Source: Bdellovibrionales bacterium
GTDB lineage: Bacteria; Bdellovibrionota; Bdellovibrionia; Bdellovibrionales; UBA1609
Length of the DNA stretch: 32,000 nt
Assembly (NCBI GenBank): GCA_965247685.1
Contig: OZ252021.1
Location: 1,200,001 to 1,232,000, forward strand
Direction of reading: 5' to 3'
The notes beneath the pieces were generated by a model. The model was not told where the DNA came from and searched no databases. It saw nothing but the letters and a program-made list of their open reading frames with translations. This document shows, in pieces, positions 28,269 through 32,000 of the stretch. Each line of letters begins with the position of its first letter. Position 1 is the first letter of the stretch. The position numbers and the translations under genes were made by a program.

Positions 28269-28407
28269 TTTTTTTTCTCCTTTTTTTTTACACTAATCTA
28301 TTTCAGTCCGCATGAATATAACCCACTCCAATAACACAGTAAAGTTTTAAATTTACAACTTTTTTTGAAAACAAGTGATCTTTAGAAAGTAAAGACTTAT
28401 TCAGAGA

Positions 28408-30180
28408 TTATTTATTAGTAGGTTGATTACAGTTGACTTGGTTATTACCACAATAAACACGTACAGTATCTGATAAAGTGTTGAATATATTATCTTCAGG
28501 TCCTGCGATTTTTTTATTTTTTTGATCAGCAGTGATTTTCTTCTTTTTTTGATTCTTAGGCAAGAATTTAGACAAATCAAAACCAGATGATCCTTTATCA
28601 TTATCGCCTGAAAAACCCCAGCCGCCGCCTCCACTTCCTGGAGAATCTTCTTTTGGAGAAAGACCTGAAAGTAAATCACCATACTCTTCTTCCTGTCCGT
28701 CCATTTCAGCATCTTCAGGATATTGTCCGCCTGCTCCTCCTCCTCCAGTTCCGCCGCCACCTGAAAGACCTCCACCGCCGCCTCCAGAACCAGAAGCGCC
28801 TCGGTAGGTTGTAGAACCCGTGCTAGTAGAATCTTCTTTTGGAGGAATCCTCACAAGTCCACCATCGGGAGGGTCACAACCTAAAGGATCGTTACATCCG
28901 TCAGGGTCAGGTAAAGGTGGAAGTTCGTTCACCCCTAAACTCGGAAGCTCTGTTCTTTGACCTCCGCATACAAGATGATCAGGATTGCTTACACAGTCTA
29001 TATCTGGATTTTCATCACAACCCTCAGCATCCGGTTGATCAATGCAATTAGGCTGATTATTACATTCCCTATGTGTTGGGAACTCATCACAAAATGCTTC
29101 ACAAGCAGCACTTTCAGGGTCTTCACATACTACAGGTCCACAAAAACTTCTAGAAGCTAAAGGAAAGGCATTACAGACACCTCGACATACTTCCTCATCA
29201 TCATATTTGTTACAATAATCCACACACAGAGGATCATCTGGGTTCTCCCTGCAGTGATCTTGACATGCTTGAGGATTAGTATTCATATTCACAGAAGAAC
29301 AAGGAGGATCATTTTCTCCAGGAGGAGGGTCCTCTGTTTGGTCATTATTGGCGCAACGGTTCGATATTACAGCTCCAAACGTATTCGCAGCAGCCTGTGC
29401 TCCCTGCTTCAAAGCAGCACTTCCTATACTTCCGCATTTACTCTTCCCACTTGTAAATAATGTTTTCCATTTCCCTAGCTTCTCTATCGACTCCCCTAAT
29501 GCTACCACTCTGTCTGGGAGGGGGGTCACTTTTGCCTTCTCTGTTGCCAAGTCTACTTTGCATTTGTCTACTGTCTGCCCAATAACGGTTATACATCTTT
29601 GAAAATTTCTACGACAACTCATATTTTTAGCTATACATTTTGCAGATGCCACGCTATCCACAGTGGCAGCAGCAACTTGTATATTTCTCATTGTTTTACA
29701 ATGTTTTTGAATACTCAAAGATGAAACTGTCCCCGCTACAGCCGCAAGTCTCAATGCAGTCATAGCATGACGAAATTTTCCAGAAAGACACATGGAAGGA
29801 GTAGAACAACAATAGCAGTCACTAGTTCCCATATTATAAATTGCCTGAAATTGAGTTTCATCAATATTTGATGGACATGTATCTGTTTGTAAAAAATTCG
29901 CACAAGGTTTTTTGTAAGAAGACGCTGTAGCTACAGTGTCACATAAAGGCCGGCCTACTTTGAACTGTTCTATAGCAGGTGACGATTTTGGTCGGCAGGC
30001 TCCACAAGTGCTTTGAGCTTCATAAAACTTACCTTGAAGGAAATCCCAATGAGAAAGAACACCTTTTGTAATATCCACAGCACCTTCTACGCTTTTTGTA
30101 TCTATTTGGGCAAGCACAGGAAAAAGTATAAAAACAGCAAACACACTGAAAACTTTTACAAATATTTTATTTTTTATCAT
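28408..30180 (-). CDS. Secreted cysteine-rich protein with tandem CX3C acidic modules, poly-Gly tracts and Lys-rich tail; unknown function
   Basis: Uninterrupted 590-aa ORF with a signal peptide (MIKNKIFVKVFSVFAVFILFPVLAQ). I count about 36 Cys. It has an Ala-rich, helical-looking N-terminal half followed by CQDHC-x8-CVDYC-x8-CRGVC-x10-CGPVVC-x7-CEAFC and then further single-Cys D/P-rich units. Next come GGGGGGLSGGGGTGGGGAGG and GSGGGGWG tracts, a KNQKKKKITADQKNKK stretch, and a C-terminal ..VRVYCGNNQVNC. Confidence 0.8.
   Translation of the reverse strand: MIKNKIFVKVFSVFAVFILFPVLAQIDTKSVEGAVDITKGVLSHWDFLQGKFYEAQSTCGACRPKSSPAIEQFKVGRPLCDTVATASSYKKPCANFLQTDTCPSNIDETQFQAIYNMGTSDCYCCSTPSMCLSGKFRHAMTALRLAAVAGTVSSLSIQKHCKTMRNIQVAAATVDSVASAKCIAKNMSCRRNFQRCITVIGQTVDKCKVDLATEKAKVTPLPDRVVALGESIEKLGKWKTLFTSGKSKCGSIGSAALKQGAQAAANTFGAVISNRCANNDQTEDPPPGENDPPCSSVNMNTNPQACQDHCRENPDDPLCVDYCNKYDDEEVCRGVCNAFPLASRSFCGPVVCEDPESAACEAFCDEFPTHRECNNQPNCIDQPDAEGCDENPDIDCVSNPDHLVCGGQRTELPSLGVNELPPLPDPDGCNDPLGCDPPDGGLVRIPPKEDSTSTGSTTYRGASGSGGGGGGLSGGGGTGGGGAGGQYPEDAEMDGQEEEYGDLLSGLSPKEDSPGSGGGGWGFSGDNDKGSSGFDLSKFLPKNQKKKKITADQKNKKIAGPEDNIFNTLSDTVRVYCGNNQVNCNQPTNK
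28642..28844 (-). repeat. Exact 17-nt direct repeat (2 copies, 186 nt apart) inside the Cys-rich gene
   Basis: AGAATCTTCTTTTGGAG occurs at 28642-28658 and 28828-28844 (+ strand). Each copy encodes PKEDS, followed by a Ser/Gly then poly-Gly segment (IPPKEDSTSTGS...GGGGGG and LSPKEDSPGSGGGG). This indicates an internal duplication. Confidence 0.85.
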
Positions 30181-30398
30181 CTTTTTACCTGCAAAAAATA
30201 AAAGGGGGGAAATATCATCACATCTACAAAACTTTTCGGTCGACTATAGTCAAAAATATAGACACTTTTACGAAAAAAGTTCTAAAAACATACAAATATA
30301 GCATTATTTTCACATTTTTTGTCTCAAAACGACACACTGAAAAATTAAACTCTCATGTTAGAGTGCCGAAGCCTTAAAATCGATCCAGTTTTACTTCT

Positions 30399-31457
30399 TT
30401 AAAGACGTTGAACAAAATCATCAAACAAGGATAAAGAATCTTTGGGTCCAGGATGATTTTCAGGATGAAATTGAACGGCCAACACTTTTTTCTTTTCAGA
30501 ATAAAAACCCTGAATTGTTTGATCGTTTAAATTAATATGAGTTACTTTTACATCTAAAGGAAGCGACCCCTCCACGATCACATAACCATGATTTTGAGTT
30601 GTAATATAAATACAATTATTCAAAGTATCTCGAACAGGATGATTCACTCCACGATGCCCAAACTTTAATTTTCTTGTTCGACCGCCTAAAGCCAATGCTA
30701 AAATCTGACAACCCATACAAATTCCGAACATAAAATATTGCCCCATCAACTCTTGCACTGTTTGAACGGCTTTTTGCACATGTTGAGGATCTCCAGGCCC
30801 ATTACTAAGCAAAATACCTTGTGGATTCCAATTCTTAATTTCTTCAGCCGAAGTTCGAGGAGGAAAAACAGCTACTTCTGAACATCGAGCCTTAAGCTCT
30901 CTTAAAATACTCGATTTACAGCCAAAATCTAACACTGCCACTCGAGCTCCTTGAGATTTTTCACCTTTGTAAGTTTCCACTTTGGAATTAGAAATCAAAT
31001 ACGGCCAATCCTTTTCTAAACTTTTTTGTTTTTGAATTAACTCTTGAGCTTTAGATTTTGCCTGCTCCTCTTTTTCTTCCTTCACAATAGCTCCATAAAC
31101 AGAGCCGTGTTTTCTTAAGGTAAAAACTAAAGAGCGGGTATCCACCTCTTCTAAAACCGGAACACTGTGGGTGTTAAGTTTTTGCAACCAAGAATGATCT
31201 CTTTTAGAATTTTGCATTTGGACACACACAACACCCTGTATCCAAATTCTTTCAGACTCCCAAAAAAAATCACTCTCACCATAATTACCCTGCTGAGGGG
31301 CTGTCATCACCATGATTTGAGAAAAATAAGAGGGATCGGTAGCAACTTCTTCATAACCGCCGTGTGCTGTATTAAAGACAACTTCTCCGGCTTTCTCTCC
31401 ACCACCCAGATGTTTTCCAGAGAAAACCTCGCCTGTCTCCAAGACTAAATAAGCCAA
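30399..31457 (-). CDS. carA: Carbamoyl-phosphate synthase small (glutamine amidotransferase) subunit
   Basis: 352 aa. The GATase triad region is GICMGCQILALALGG, with HRGVNHPV and VQFHPE. The N-terminus is CPSase_sm-like (LVLETGEVFSGK). The start is apparently TTG (31455-31457), 9 nt after the pyrB stop. Confidence 0.94.
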   Translation of the reverse strand: MAYLVLETGEVFSGKHLGGGEKAGEVVFNTAHGGYEEVATDPSYFSQIMVMTAPQQGNYGESDFFWESERIWIQGVVCVQMQNSKRDHSWLQKLNTHSVPVLEEVDTRSLVFTLRKHGSVYGAIVKEEKEEQAKSKAQELIQKQKSLEKDWPYLISNSKVETYKGEKSQGARVAVLDFGCKSSILRELKARCSEVAVFPPRTSAEEIKNWNPQGILLSNGPGDPQHVQKAVQTVQELMGQYFMFGICMGCQILALALGGRTRKLKFGHRGVNHPVRDTLNNCIYITTQNHGYVIVEGSLPLDVKVTHINLNDQTIQGFYSEKKKVLAVQFHPENHPGPKDSLSLFDDFVQRL

Positions 31458-31466
31458 GCTTTACCT

Positions 31467-32000
31467 CTATACTCTGAGATCTAAAATAGAGCAAAGAATG
31501 GCTAAACGAACATATAAACCGTTTTCAACTTGCCTTAAAATACAACAACGAGAATCTCTTAACGCATAGTTTGAAATTTCTACTCCTCGAATCACTGGAC
31601 CAGGATGAAGAATCACTCCCTTAGAGTTAAACAAGTTCATCTGATCATAACCAATGCGAAATTTATCACGATATTCGGCTAAAGAAAAACCTACAGGGCT
31701 TACATCTTCATGTCTTTCTTCGTGTACACGCAAAGCCACTAAAACAGTCGACCATTTTACTCCCTCATCGAGATTTTCAAATTTTTTTAGATTTTTCCAT
31801 ATTTCCGTTTTCGGTGATAAAGAATTAGGAGAACAATAAGCCACCTCTGCACCCATACGAGTAAAAAGTTTGCAGTCCGAATGAGCTACACGAGAATGCA
31901 GGACATCCCCTATGATTAAAATTTTTTCTCCTTTAACTTTTCCTCGAGTTTCCAATATGGTCATGACATCAGATAAAGATTGAGTTGGGTGAGATTCTGT
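31467..32000 (-). CDS. pyrB: Aspartate carbamoyltransferase catalytic subunit (3' portion; 5' end lies beyond the window)
   Basis: The frame stays open upstream of the track's ATG to the window edge, reading ..TESHPTQSLSDVMTI (the ATCase HPTQ motif). Downstream motifs are ILHPGPVIRGVEI and QVENGLYVRLAIL. Confidence 0.9.
   Translation of the reverse strand, partial: TESHPTQSLSDVMTILETRGKVKGEKILIIGDVLHSRVAHSDCKLFTRMGAEVAYCSPNSLSPKTEIWKNLKKFENLDEGVKWSTVLVALRVHEERHEDVSPVGFSLAEYRDKFRIGYDQMNLFNSKGVILHPGPVIRGVEISNYALRDSRCCILRQVENGLYVRLAILCSILDLRV

Noticed and set aside
28379-28395. A hairpin, TCTTTA-gaaag-TAAAGA, downstream of the Cys-rich gene. A second hairpin, ACTCT-catgtt-AGAGT (30349-30364) followed by a U-rich run, lies downstream of carA. 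Both were considered as intrinsic terminators.
   Set aside because: The stems are only 5-6 bp and mostly A:T, and the U-tracts are short or interrupted. That is too weak to call terminators with confidence.
28401-29602. An alternative-frame ORF (28401-28775, -) and five + strand ORFs (28587-29602) overlap the Cys-rich gene. I asked whether the 590-aa frame is wrong or frameshifted in the poly-Gly region.
   Set aside because: The 590-aa frame is uninterrupted from a good signal peptide to the stop and shows periodic Cys spacing throughout. The overlapping ORFs arise because the GC-richer, repeat-like sequence is depleted in stop codons in the other frames.
28408-30180. Possible relationship of the Cys-rich protein to conjugative TraN-type Cys-rich outer-membrane proteins. 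The size (~600 aa), signal peptide and many Cys are similar, and there is a faint FDLSKF resemblance.
   Set aside because: I cannot align it from memory. There are no other tra/T4SS, relaxase or integrase genes nearby, and the context is housekeeping. It is left as unknown pending an HMM search (a TraN profile would settle it).
30242-30251. A perfect 10-bp palindrome, GACTATAGTC, lies 62-71 nt upstream of the Cys-rich gene start and overlaps a TTGACT hexamer on the coding strand.
   Set aside because: About one such palindrome is expected by chance in 218 nt of this composition. No acceptable -10 element lies at the right spacing from TTGACT. It is worth a look only if a TSS maps nearby.
26101-30329. 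A shared motif TTTTCACATTT-N(2-5)-CTCAAAA occurs in two intergenic regions (26101-26120 and 30307-30329), upstream of the OMP-like and Cys-rich genes. A nearby CTCAAAA..ACACA similarity is also present.
   Set aside because: My rough estimate is that about one 11-mer match is expected by chance between two AT-rich regions of these sizes. The distances to the start codons also differ (about 240 versus 130 nt).
577-31839. Many 60-93-aa track ORFs lie inside or antisense to the long genes. Examples: 577-843, 2079-2267, 2541-2741, 2979-3231, 4551-4811, 6529-6777, 8302-8571, 9729-9971, 10845-11087, 11745-12020, 13487-13690, 14063-14293, 16023-16634, 17084-17544, 17863-18048, 21793-22009, 22228-22494, 23284-23538, 26683-27034, 27168-27731, 28004-28253, 30013-30201, 31167-31448 and 31654-31839.
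   Set aside because: Each overlaps a longer ORF with clear family motifs or better coding character. Their translations are low-complexity or AT-codon-biased (K/F/I/N/L-rich) with no motifs or RBS, as expected for shadow ORFs in AT-rich DNA.
1-32000. I looked for tRNA, rRNA or tmRNA-like sequences, CRISPR repeats, IS inverted repeats, transposase or integrase genes, and DnaA-box clusters.
   Set aside because: None were found by eye. Isolated TTATCCAC-like 8-mers (about 252 and about 29652) lie inside coding regions and do not cluster.

Overview
AT-rich chromosomal segment (GC looks mid-30s % by eye, not computed) from a diderm (Gram-negative) bacterium. Gene content would fit a low-GC proteobacterial or Bdellovibrio-like lineage, but I cannot assign taxonomy from this sequence. 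Layout: feoAB (-) is followed by an MscS-family channel gene. Next comes a complete, tightly packed, canonically ordered 12-gene type II secretion (T2SS) operon, gspC-D-E-F-G-H-I-J-K-L-M-N (+, about 3.6-16.9 kb). After it come ssb, an OMP-like gene and radA (+), then housekeeping genes on alternating strands: 2-Cys peroxiredoxin, tgt and gpmA (-), and fadD (+). The 24-30 kb stretch holds four genes I cannot place in well-known families: a basic cytoplasmic 360-aa protein, a 230-aa beta-barrel-like exported protein, a secreted beta-helix-like repeat protein translationally coupled to citrate synthase, and a 590-aa secreted protein. The window ends with carA and the 3' part of pyrB (-, running off the window). 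I saw no rRNA, tRNA, CRISPR array, transposase, integrase or phage genes. The most unusual element is the 590-aa protein, which has about 36 cysteines, tandem CX3C modules, poly-Gly tracts and a Lys-rich tail, and sits where carB would normally follow carA. The T2SS is complete apart from a prepilin peptidase, and its pseudopilin tip and GspL/M/N-position proteins are oversized and divergent. All product calls rest on motifs read from the translations plus synteny; no database search was possible.
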